64,000 nt of DNA from Candidatus Limnocylindria bacterium (GTDB lineage: Bacteria > Chloroflexota > Limnocylindria > QHBO01): the NCBI GenBank assembly GCA_036556745.1, contig DATBIW010000090.1, forward strand, positions 1,594 through 65,593. The letters run 5' to 3'. Shown here piece after piece: positions 7,177 to 15,262 of the stretch. The position numbers were made by a program, and so were the translations under genes. Numbering within the stretch: the first letter of the stretch is position 1; the number at the start of each line of letters is the position of its first letter. Below the pieces are notes generated by a model. That model saw only the letters and a list, made by a program, of their open reading frames with translations, did no database searches and was not told the DNA's origin.

Positions 7177-8358
7177 ATGGCAGTCAAGGTCCTGGTCGTC
7201 GATGACGACCTGAACATCCAACGTGTCCTGAGCTTCACGCTCAAGCAGGAGGGCTTCGACGTCCTCCTGGCCGGCGACGGCGAATCCGGCGTGGCCCTCG
7301 TCGCCGAGCAGGCGCCCGATCTGGTCCTCATGGACGCCGCCCTGCCGGGCATCGACGGCTACGAGGCCATCACCCAGATCCGGGCCGCCGAGGTCGCCGG
7401 GCGTCGGGTGCCGATCCTGCTGCTCACGACCGAGGCCGATGTCGGCCAGCGGGTGAAGGGCCTCCGGGCTGGGGCGGACGACGATATCGTCAAGCCGTTC
7501 CACCCGGCCGAGCTCATGGCCCGGATCCGGGCGCTGCTGGCACGGAGCGGGCTCGGCGGACCGCGGGCCGGGTCGGTGCAGGCCACCCTGCGCCGGGTCA
7601 TCGTCTTCTACGGCGCCAAGGGCGGGGTGGGCAACACGACCCTGGCCATCAACACCGCCATCGCGCTGGCCGCCGAGCACAAGCGCCGGGTCGCCCTGGT
7701 GGACGCCAACCTCCAGTTCGGCGACCTCCGGGTCTTCCTCGACTTGAAGCTCGACACCGCCTCGATCGTGAACGCCATCGCCGAGCCCGAGCTCGACAGC
7801 GAGCTCCTCCGCCGGCTGGTCGTGTCCCACTCGTCGGGGATCGACCTCCTGCTGGCGCCGACTGCGCCGGAGCAGGCCGATGTCGTCATGGAGAGCCATC
7901 GGTCGTCCCCGGAGGCGCTCTCGCACCTGGTCGACCTCATGCGCGGGATGTACGACTACACCGTCATCGACGCGGCGCGCAGCCTCGACGACGTGACGAT
8001 CCACCTCTTCGACGAGGCCGACCTCGTGTACGTCGTCCTGACGGCCGACCTGTCGTGCCTCAAGAACGTCCAGCTCGTCCTGAAGACGATGACCGAGCTC
8101 GGGTACCCGAGGGACAAGGTCCAGCTCGTCCTGAACCGGTCGAACGCGTTCACCGGGATCAACATCGCCAACGCCGAGAGCGTCCTCGGGCGGCCGATCG
8201 CCCACAAGGTCATCAACGAGTATCGCGGCGCGATCGGGGCGCTGAACTCGGGCGCGCCGTTCATGGTCAGCCGGCCCGGCAGCCCGCTGGCCAAGGCGGT
8301 CAGCGACTTCGCGGCGACGATCGACAAGGAGCTGTCGGTCATCGAGGCCGAGGCCTGA
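7177..8358 (+). CDS. Response-regulator receiver domain fused to a MinD/ParA/CpaE-type P-loop ATPase
   Basis: The REC domain reads VLVVDDD...DLVLMDAALPGIDG...LLLTT...IVKPF, so the acidic pocket, phospho-acceptor Asp, Thr and Lys are all present. The ATPase has the deviant Walker A GAKGGVGNTTLAINTA. Confidence 0.8.
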   Translation: MAVKVLVVDDDLNIQRVLSFTLKQEGFDVLLAGDGESGVALVAEQAPDLVLMDAALPGIDGYEAITQIRAAEVAGRRVPILLLTTEADVGQRVKGLRAGADDDIVKPFHPAELMARIRALLARSGLGGPRAGSVQATLRRVIVFYGAKGGVGNTTLAINTAIALAAEHKRRVALVDANLQFGDLRVFLDLKLDTASIVNAIAEPELDSELLRRLVVSHSSGIDLLLAPTAPEQADVVMESHRSSPEALSHLVDLMRGMYDYTVIDAARSLDDVTIHLFDEADLVYVVLTADLSCLKNVQLVLKTMTELGYPRDKVQLVLNRSNAFTGINIANAESVLGRPIAHKVINEYRGAIGALNSGAPFMVSRPGSPLAKAVSDFAATIDKELSVIEAEA

Positions 8359-8363
8359 CAACG

Positions 8364-8381
8364 ACGGCTTAAGCCGGCCGT
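8364..8381 (+). terminator. Short hairpin (acggc-ttaagccg-gccgt) just after the REC-ATPase gene
   Basis: It has a 5-bp stem (alternatively the cggcTTAAgccg palindrome) and no U-tract. The evidence is weak. Confidence 0.2.
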
Positions 8382-8490
8382 AACCGCCCTCCCCGGAGAA
8401 TCCGCCCGCCGGTCGCCGCCGGATCAGGGAGGCGAGCAGGCGGCGCCGGCATTTCACATCTCGTGGTTCGAGCCTCCCGGGAGTGGCGGC

Positions 8491-9990
8491 GTGCTGGCTG
8501 AGACGATGAGTGCCTCGATCCGCGGAGTGGAGGCGGTTCCGGTCCGGGTCGAGGTGGATGTCGCATTCGGCCTGCCCGGGCTGACGATCGTCGGCCTCGC
8601 GGGGAGCGCCGTCCAGGAGGCTCGCGAGCGGGTGAGGAGCGCGGTCCGGAACAGCGGCTTCGAAGTCCCGGCGCGGCGGATCACGGTGAACCTCGCTCCC
8701 GCCGACCTCCCAAAGGAGGGAACGGCCCACGACCTGGCGATCGGCGTCGGGCTGCTCGCGGCGTCGGGTCAGCTCGAGGCCGACCTCGGGCGGACCGCGC
8801 TCCTCGGGGAGCTGGCGCTCGACGGGTCGCTCCGGCCGGTGGCCGGCACCATGGCCCTGGTCGCGGCGGCCCGCGAGGCGGGGCACCAGGCCGCGGTCGT
8901 CGCCCACGACGGGCTCGTCGAGGCCGCCGCGGTGCCGGGGATCACGGTCCACGGGGCGCGGACGCTCGGCGACGCGGTCGCCCACCTGGCCGGGGTGCGC
9001 CCGCTCGAGCCGGCCCGGCCGACGCCCCTGCCCCGGTGGCGGGCACCGGCCGCCGGCGTGGACCTCGGCGACGTCATCGGGCAGGCGACGGCACGTCGCG
9101 CCCTCGAGATCGCCGTCGCCGGCGGCCACAACCTCGTCCTCGTCGGCCCGCCCGGCGTAGGCAAGACCCTGCTCCTGTCAGCCGTTCCCGGCCTGCTGCC
9201 GCCGCTCGACGACCGCGAGGCGGTGGAGGTGAGCCGCATCCACTCGGTGGCCGGGCTCGTCGACCGCCACGCCCCGGTGACCCGCACCCGCCCGGTCCGC
9301 GCGCCGCACCACACGATCTCGGTGCAGGCGCTGGTCGGCGGCGGGGAGCGGATCAGGCCTGGCGAGGCCAGCCTGGCCCACCGCGGCGCGCTCGTCCTCG
9401 ACGAGCTCCTCCAGTTCCGGGCCGACGCGCTCGATGCGCTCCGCCAACCGCTCGAGTCCGGGGAGGTGACGATCGCCCGGGTCGACGGCGTCCTCCGCCT
9501 GCCCGCCCGCTTCATGCTCCTCGCCGCGTTCAACCCGTGCCCGTGCGGCTGGCTCGGGGCCCGGTCTCGGGCCTGCGACTGCGACCCGGCCGCCGTCCAG
9601 CGCTACGTCAGGCGGCTGTCCGGCCCGCTCCGCGACCGGATCGACCTGTGGATCACGCTCGACGAGCCGCGCCGGATCCAGGTGGAGGCCGACGCCCAGA
9701 CGAGCCGGCAGGTGGCCGCCCGAGTGCGCCAGGCGTGGGATCGACAGCAGGCGCGCCAGGCATCGGCCAACGCCGTCCTGGGGCCGGATGCCCTGGCCGG
9801 CGAACGAGGCTTCGGCACCGCGGCGCTGCGCAGCCTGACCAGCCTCGCCCGCGCGCTCCGCCTGTCCCCGCGGCGCGCCCATCGGACAGCGTGGGTGGCG
9901 CGTACGGTGGCCGATCTCGAAGGCGTCGCGGAGGTCCAGCCCGCCCACGTCGAGGAGGCCCTGCGCTACCGGCCCCCGGTGCCGGCATGA
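8491..9990 (+). CDS. yifB: YifB/ComM-family Mg-chelatase-like AAA+ ATPase
   Basis: The N-terminal Lon-like domain reads VEVDVAFGLPGLTIVGLAGSAVQEARERV. Walker A is LVLVGPPGVGKTLL. The Cys cluster CPCGWLG...CDC is present. It sits upstream of dprA. Confidence 0.9.
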   Translation: MLAETMSASIRGVEAVPVRVEVDVAFGLPGLTIVGLAGSAVQEARERVRSAVRNSGFEVPARRITVNLAPADLPKEGTAHDLAIGVGLLAASGQLEADLGRTALLGELALDGSLRPVAGTMALVAAAREAGHQAAVVAHDGLVEAAAVPGITVHGARTLGDAVAHLAGVRPLEPARPTPLPRWRAPAAGVDLGDVIGQATARRALEIAVAGGHNLVLVGPPGVGKTLLLSAVPGLLPPLDDREAVEVSRIHSVAGLVDRHAPVTRTRPVRAPHHTISVQALVGGGERIRPGEASLAHRGALVLDELLQFRADALDALRQPLESGEVTIARVDGVLRLPARFMLLAAFNPCPCGWLGARSRACDCDPAAVQRYVRRLSGPLRDRIDLWITLDEPRRIQVEADAQTSRQVAARVRQAWDRQQARQASANAVLGPDALAGERGFGTAALRSLTSLARALRLSPRRAHRTAWVARTVADLEGVAEVQPAHVEEALRYRPPVPA

Positions 9991-11231
9991 CCGTGGCGCT
10001 CCGCAGGCGACGGCCACCCGCCGCGACCTCGTGGACCGGGCTGCCGCTCGACCACCTCGATCCGGACGTGGAGCGCCCGTTCTGGATCTCGGTCGCCATG
10101 CTGCCCGGGGTCGGGCCGGCGACCATCGCCCGCCTCGTGGCGGACGCCGGGAGCCTGCGCGCGGCGTGGCTCGGCGGCCTCGTCGACCGGGCCGTGGCCG
10201 AGCTGCCGGGGCACCAGCGCCAGGCCGCCGCCGCATTCTTGGCCTACCTGCGTGCTCGCGGCCTCCGACGCCACGCGGCGGAGATCCTCGCCCAGGGCCG
10301 GCGGCTCGGGATCCGGGCCATCACCGCCCTCGAGGCCGACTACCCGCCGGCGCTCGGCCATCTCGACCTTCGACCGCCAGTCCTGTGGGCGGCCGGCGAC
10401 GAGGCGGCCTGGCAGACCACCGGGGTCGCCGTGGTCGGCACCCGCCGGCCGACCGGCTATGGCCGGGCGGCGGCCGAGGAGATCGGCGACGAGCTCGCCC
10501 GGGCGCGCGTCACCGTCGTCAGCGGGCTGGCGATCGGGATCGACGCGGCCGCCCATCGGGCCGCCATCGCCGCCGGCGGGCGGACGATCGCCGTCCTTCC
10601 GTCGCCCATCGACCGGCTGTACCCGCCCATCCACCGCGAGCTGGCGCGGCAGATCGTCTCGACCGGCGGGGCGCTCCTGAGCGAGCTGTCACCCGGCCGG
10701 CGCCACGGCCGGCCGGACTTCGCCAGGCGGAACCGGGTCATCGCCGGCCTGGGCGAGGCGGTGGTCGTCGTCGAGGCCCCTGACGGGTCGGGCGCCCTGC
10801 TGACCGCGGACGCGGCCGTTGGCCTTGGCCGCGAGCTGTTCGCCGTGCCCGGTCCCATGGACGCGGCCACCTCCCGGGGAACGAACCGTCTCATCGCCGA
10901 CCACGCCGCCACCCTGGTGACCTCGCCGGCGGGCCTGCTCAACCTCATCGGCCTTCGGCGGGGCGGCCATCCGGTCAGCATCCGGGCCATGTCCGAGGCC
11001 GAGGGAATCGTCCTGAAGACCATCCTGAACCGCTCAGGATCGATCGAGGAGCTGCGCGACCGGACCAAGCTGGCCACCTCGCCGCTGGCCGCCGCGCTGA
11101 CCATGCTGGAGGCCCGCGGGCTCGTCACGGCCTATGCCGGGGCCACCTTCCACGCCACGCCGGCGGCCCGTCGCAGCGGCTGGGGCCGGCGGGCTCCTGA
11201 GCACGACGATCGGGCCGCAGCGAGCGCCTGA
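9987..11231 (+). CDS. dprA: DNA-processing protein DprA
   Basis: GTRRPTGYG...VVSGLAIGIDAAAHRAA...GGRTIAVL...RNRVIAGL...VVVVEA...SGAL.TA is the DprA Rossmann signature. A C-terminal winged-helix-like region follows. ATG 9987 overlaps the yifB TGA (ATGA). Confidence 0.9.
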   Translation: MTVALRRRRPPAATSWTGLPLDHLDPDVERPFWISVAMLPGVGPATIARLVADAGSLRAAWLGGLVDRAVAELPGHQRQAAAAFLAYLRARGLRRHAAEILAQGRRLGIRAITALEADYPPALGHLDLRPPVLWAAGDEAAWQTTGVAVVGTRRPTGYGRAAAEEIGDELARARVTVVSGLAIGIDAAAHRAAIAAGGRTIAVLPSPIDRLYPPIHRELARQIVSTGGALLSELSPGRRHGRPDFARRNRVIAGLGEAVVVVEAPDGSGALLTADAAVGLGRELFAVPGPMDAATSRGTNRLIADHAATLVTSPAGLLNLIGLRRGGHPVSIRAMSEAEGIVLKTILNRSGSIEELRDRTKLATSPLAAALTMLEARGLVTAYAGATFHATPAARRSGWGRRAPEHDDRAAASA

Positions 11232-11245
11232 CGCACGGATCGGGC

Positions 11246-11251
11246 TATACT
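11246..11251 (+). promoter_or_regulatory. Candidate -10 box TATACT, about 67 nt upstream of TTG 11319
   Basis: The same hexamer occurs upstream of nfeD and dxs. It is followed by a 7-bp hairpin (cggaccg 11272-11278 / cggtccg 11296-11302) and AGGAG at 11304-11308. Confidence 0.3.
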
Positions 11252-11318
11252 CCCCGCCGTCCTACGACCCCCGGACCGTCCGAAAGGCTGTCCGCCGGTC
11301 CGCAGGAGCCTGTGTCTA

Positions 11319-12950
11319 TTGCCCTCTCCGTCGACTCGAGTCGCGGGGGAACTCCGCCGGTTGGCTGAACGCGGCATGCCGTTGCGCCGCCACCGGGTCA
11401 TCACCCATCTCACGGTCGCGGCTGTCGCCCTCGCGGTGGCGGTCGGGCTCGCCATCCCCACGACCCCGATCATCCAGGCCGGCGGCCTGATGACCGCTCC
11501 CCGCGAGGGGTCGATCCTCCCGGCCAACGTCGGGGTCGGCATCGGCTCCACCGAGCCGGTCGTCCTCCGCTTCCCGGGTCCCATGGACCGCGCCGCGGTC
11601 GGGAACGCCCTGGGCCTGGCGCCACAGACCGACTTCAGCCTGCTGTGGAACGCCGATGGGACGACGGTCGCCCTGGTCCCGGCCTCCCGCTGGGCCGTCG
11701 ACGAGCGGTATGTCGTCCACGTGCCGGCGGGGACGGCCATGGCCGACGGCGGGGCGTTGCGCGCCGACTGGCGCGCCTCGTTCACGACCCAGACCGCACC
11801 TACCATCCTCCGGCTGTCGGTCAACGGGGTGGTCGGCACGGCCACCGCGGACGCCCCCCTGGCCGTCCAGGACGTGCTGGCCTCGGTCACCGACCCGGCG
11901 ACGGGCCTGGGCAGCACGTCGGGCGACATGAACCCCGACACGAGCGCCCACACCCGGATCGGCCTGACGTTCAGCGCGGCCATGGACCACAAGGCCACCG
12001 AGCAGGCATTCCGGATCACGCCGGCGACCACGGGGACGTTCGGGTGGGACGGGACGACCCTGTGGTTCACCCCGGACCAGCGGCTGGCCACCGGCACGCG
12101 CTACACGCTGACCGTGATCGGCGCCCGCGACCTCGACGGGAACCCGCTCGGCGGCGACACGACCCTGAGCTTCTCGACCCGGGCCGGCGCCGCGGTCCAG
12201 AGCGTCTATCCGGCCATCGGCGTCGGCGGGGTGCCCACCTCGGCGGGCGTCCAGCTCACGTTCAGCCTTCCCATGGACACCGCGGCCACCAGCACGGCGC
12301 TCTACCTGGCCGACAACGCGACCGGCGCCCGGGTGTCGGGGACCGTCTCGTGGAGCGCCGACGGGAAGATCGTGACCCTGGCCCCGTCGTCCGCGCTGGC
12401 CGCCGGCCGCGGCTATACCGCCGGTCTGGGCAGCGGGGCCCGCGACGTGGACGGCAACCCGGTGTCGTTCTCGTGGGGCTTCACCACCGACGGCCCGGTC
12501 GTGCGGTCCGGCGGCGGCGTGCCGGCGTCTCCGGGCAGCTCGAACGACATCCAGTACGCCCTGAACCAGCTGAACGCCGCGCGCGCCTCGTACGGGTTCG
12601 CACCGCTTGTCGTCGACTCGAGCATCTCGGCAGTGGCCTACGGGCACGCCGCGGACATGGCCGCCAACGGGTATTTCAGCCACACCTCGCTGAACGGGAT
12701 GACGTACCGGCAGCGGCTCACCGCGGGGGGTATCTCGTACGGCTGGTCGGGCGAGAACATCTGCTACCTCGGCGGCAGCAGCGGGGTCCAGGCGACCCTG
12801 AACTGGTGCCACGCCCAGTTCTGGGCCGAGCCCTATCCGGGCGGCGGCAACCACAAGGACAACATCCTCAACCCCAACTACCGCCGGGTCGGCATCGGCA
12901 TCGCCACCGGTGGCGGCCGGGTGTACGTCGTCTGGGACTTCACCGACTGA
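11319..12950 (+). CDS. Secreted protein: three to four SbsA-type Ig-like (Big_5) repeats plus a C-terminal CAP/SCP (YkwD-like) domain
   Basis: The signal-like region is RRHRVITHLTVAAVALAVAVGLA. Repeats follow the pattern (L/V)xFSxxMD...W...TLxFxP...L...TxYxL.....D.DGNP. The C-terminal part reads LNQLNAARASYGFAPL...HAADMAANGYFSH...GENI...NHKDNILNPNYRRVGIG. AGGAG lies 10 nt upstream of TTG 11319, and ATG 11376 is an alternative start. Confidence 0.65.
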   Translation: MPSPSTRVAGELRRLAERGMPLRRHRVITHLTVAAVALAVAVGLAIPTTPIIQAGGLMTAPREGSILPANVGVGIGSTEPVVLRFPGPMDRAAVGNALGLAPQTDFSLLWNADGTTVALVPASRWAVDERYVVHVPAGTAMADGGALRADWRASFTTQTAPTILRLSVNGVVGTATADAPLAVQDVLASVTDPATGLGSTSGDMNPDTSAHTRIGLTFSAAMDHKATEQAFRITPATTGTFGWDGTTLWFTPDQRLATGTRYTLTVIGARDLDGNPLGGDTTLSFSTRAGAAVQSVYPAIGVGGVPTSAGVQLTFSLPMDTAATSTALYLADNATGARVSGTVSWSADGKIVTLAPSSALAAGRGYTAGLGSGARDVDGNPVSFSWGFTTDGPVVRSGGGVPASPGSSNDIQYALNQLNAARASYGFAPLVVDSSISAVAYGHAADMAANGYFSHTSLNGMTYRQRLTAGGISYGWSGENICYLGGSSGVQATLNWCHAQFWAEPYPGGGNHKDNILNPNYRRVGIGIATGGGRVYVVWDFTD

Positions 12951-12960
12951 CCGATCCGGG

Positions 12961-12981
12961 CCGGTAATCGGACGGTACCGG
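12961..12981 (+). terminator. Hairpin ccggta-atcggacgg-taccgg downstream of the CAP-domain gene
   Basis: It has a 6-bp stem and 9-nt loop, lies 10 nt after the stop codon, and has no U-tract. Confidence 0.3.
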
Positions 12982-12997
12982 CGGCGGCGAAACCCGG

Positions 12998-13006
12998 TGC
13001 TACACT
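12998..13006 (+). promoter_or_regulatory. Candidate extended -10 TGcTACACT, 9 nt upstream of topA ATG 13016
   Basis: It matches the TGn plus TAnnnT motif. The spacing implies a leader of 0-3 nt. Confidence 0.4.
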
Positions 13007-13015
13007 CCCGCACCG

Positions 13016-15262
13016 ATGTCGGGACCCCGGAGCACGGGCGGCGACCTCGTCATCGTCGAGTCGCCGGCCAAAGCGAAGACGATTGAGCGTTACCTCGGTG
13101 ACGGCTATTCCGTGCTGGCCTCCTACGGGCACGTCCGCGATCTTCCCAAGTGGGGGCTCGGGGTCGACCTCGAGCACGACTTCGCCCCGAAGTACGAGCC
13201 CCTGAAGGACCGCAAGGACGAGCTCAAGCGGCTGACCGATGCCGCCCGCACCGCGGACAAGGTCTGGCTAGCCACCGACCTCGACCGCGAGGGCGAGTCC
13301 ATCGCCTGGCACATCGCGGAGCACGCCGGGCTCGACGAGGATCGCATCCGGCGGGTCACGTTCAGCGAGATCACCCGCCCGGCCATCGAGGCCGCCTTCG
13401 CCAGCCCGCGCCAGCTCAACCTCGACCTGGTCGATGCCCAGCAGGCGCGCCGGATCATCGATCGGCTGGTCGGCTACAAGCTGAGCCCGCTGGTGGCCAG
13501 CAAGATCCGGCGGGGCCTGACCGCGGGCCGGGTTCAGAGCGTGGCGGTTCGCCTGGTGGTCGACCGCGAGCGCGAGATCACCGCGTTCACCCCGGTCGAG
13601 TACTGGACCATCGGCGCGGACGTCAGACGCGGCGAGGAGGGCGTCGTCTTCCGGATCGGCCTGACCAAGATCGACGGCGAGAAGGCCGAGGTCGGCTCCG
13701 GCGAGGAGGCCGATGCCCACCTGGCGGCCCTCCGCGAGGCGACCTACTGGGTCTCGAACGTCACGAAGACGCAGCGCCGCCAGGGTCCGCCTCCGCCGTT
13801 CACCACCAGCACCCTCCAGCAGGAGGCCTCGCGCAAGCTCGGCTTTTCGGCCCGCCGGACGATGGCCGCCGCCCAGGCCCTGTACGAGGGGATCTCCCTC
13901 CCGGGCGGCCAGGAAGGGCTCATCACCTACATGCGCACCGACTCGGTGGCCATGGCCTCCGGCGCGGTCGCGGACGCGCGGCAGGTCATCGCCGGGCGGT
14001 ACGGCGGGGCCTTCGTGCCCGATGCGCCGAACGCGTTCAAGACCCGGTCGCGAGGCGCCCAGGAGGCGCACGAGGCGATCCGGCCCTCGAGCTTCGCCCG
14101 GACGCCCGAATCGGTCGAGTCCGCCCTGAAGCCAGACCAGGCGCGCCTGTACGAGCTCATCTGGCGCCGAGCGATCGCCTCCCAGATGGCGGCCGCGGTG
14201 TTCGACCAGGTGGGCGTGGACGTCGAGGCGGGTCGCTACCTGCTCCACGCCGGCGCCCGGAAGCGGGTGTTCGACGGCTACCAGGCGGTGTACGTCGAGG
14301 GCCGCGACGAGGAGGAGGACCCGGAGGCCTCGAAGCTCCCCGAGCTGGCGGTCCGTGAGCGCCTCGACCTGGTGGACCTGGTGGCCGACCAGCACTTCAC
14401 CGAGCCACCGCCCCGCTACACCGAGGCGACGCTTATCCGCGCCCTCGAGGAGCATGGCATCGGCCGGCCCTCGACCTACGCCCCGACCATGGAGGTCATC
14501 CGGGCCCGGGGCTATGTCACCCTCGAGGACCGACGGCTCCACCCGACCGAGGAGGCGTACCTGCTGACCGACCTGCTGACCGGGCATTTCGCCGACGTCG
14601 TGGACCCCGAGTTCACCGCCCGGATGGAGACCCAGCTCGACGAGATCGCCGGTGGCCGCCGCGAGTGGGTGCCCACCGTCCGCGAGTTCTGGGAGCCGTT
14701 CTCGGAGCAGGTCGAGGCCGGCAAGACGGCCATCCCCAAGCAGGTCGAGGAGACCGACATCGTCTGCCCGGAGTCGGGCCACATGATGCTCAAGCGGCTC
14801 GGCCGCAACGGCTGGTTCCTCGGCTGCAGCGGCTACCCCGAGTGCAAGTTCACGATGCCGCTCCCCGGCGAGCAGGGCGAGGCCATCGACCTGCCGGGGA
14901 TCGGGGAGACGTGCCCCGAGTGCGGGGAGGGGACCCTCGTCGGCCGGCGGAGCCGCCGCGGGCCGTTCGTCGGCTGCAACCGCTACCCCGAATGCCGCTA
15001 CGTCCACCGGACCGGGGCCGACGGGACGCCGGAGGCCACCGCCGCCCCGGAGCTGCCCGGGGTGGGGGAGCCGTGCCCGGAATGCGGGCAGGGGACGCTG
15101 GCGGCACGGCGCGGCCGGTTCGGCTGGTTCGCCGGCTGCACCCGCTACCCCGACTGCCGCTACATCCACAAGACCCCGAGGGCGCGTGGGGACGGCACGG
15201 ACGGGGCGCGGCGCCCGCCGGCCAAGAAGGCCACGAGGCGGCGGACCTCGCCGCGTGCCTGA
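13016..15262 (+). CDS. topA: DNA topoisomerase I with three C-terminal Zn-ribbon modules and a basic tail
   Basis: The TOPRIM start is LVIVESPAKAKTIERYLG. LITYMRTDS carries the catalytic Tyr region. Zn-ribbons: CPESGH...GCSGYPECKF (degenerate), CPECGEG...GCNRYPECRY and CPECGQG...GCTRYPDCRY. The tail is Lys/Arg-rich. Confidence 0.95.
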   Translation: MSGPRSTGGDLVIVESPAKAKTIERYLGDGYSVLASYGHVRDLPKWGLGVDLEHDFAPKYEPLKDRKDELKRLTDAARTADKVWLATDLDREGESIAWHIAEHAGLDEDRIRRVTFSEITRPAIEAAFASPRQLNLDLVDAQQARRIIDRLVGYKLSPLVASKIRRGLTAGRVQSVAVRLVVDREREITAFTPVEYWTIGADVRRGEEGVVFRIGLTKIDGEKAEVGSGEEADAHLAALREATYWVSNVTKTQRRQGPPPPFTTSTLQQEASRKLGFSARRTMAAAQALYEGISLPGGQEGLITYMRTDSVAMASGAVADARQVIAGRYGGAFVPDAPNAFKTRSRGAQEAHEAIRPSSFARTPESVESALKPDQARLYELIWRRAIASQMAAAVFDQVGVDVEAGRYLLHAGARKRVFDGYQAVYVEGRDEEEDPEASKLPELAVRERLDLVDLVADQHFTEPPPRYTEATLIRALEEHGIGRPSTYAPTMEVIRARGYVTLEDRRLHPTEEAYLLTDLLTGHFADVVDPEFTARMETQLDEIAGGRREWVPTVREFWEPFSEQVEAGKTAIPKQVEETDIVCPESGHMMLKRLGRNGWFLGCSGYPECKFTMPLPGEQGEAIDLPGIGETCPECGEGTLVGRRSRRGPFVGCNRYPECRYVHRTGADGTPEATAAPELPGVGEPCPECGQGTLAARRGRFGWFAGCTRYPDCRYIHKTPRARGDGTDGARRPPAKKATRRRTSPRA

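Noticed and set aside
8464-8483. GGTTCGAGCC, resembling a tRNA T-arm/T-loop, and the CTCCCGGGAG palindrome upstream of yifB. I considered a tRNA or tRNA-derived attachment site.
   Set aside because: No complementary T-stem, acceptor stem or anticodon arm can be drawn around it. The 132-nt spacer is too GC-skewed and lacks other tRNA invariants. It is probably a chance match or a small operator-like palindrome.
9036-9986. Long N-terminal extensions of + strand ORFs that read through the preceding gene in another frame: 9036 for dprA, 15656 for murJ, 16102 for femX1, 18654 for murE, 20158 for femX2, 33604 for ruvX, 47876 for scpB and 57731 for gpsA.
   Set aside because: The extensions are Arg/Pro/Gly-rich and overlap real genes. 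Recognisable homology begins at start codons that overlap or directly follow the upstream stop codon.
7177-11231. REC-CpaE-like ATPase, yifB and dprA considered as a competence or Tad pilus locus.
   Set aside because: No pilin, secretin, CpaF/TadA ATPase, TadB/C, ComEA/EC or ComF genes are in the window. yifB-dprA adjacency is a common housekeeping arrangement.
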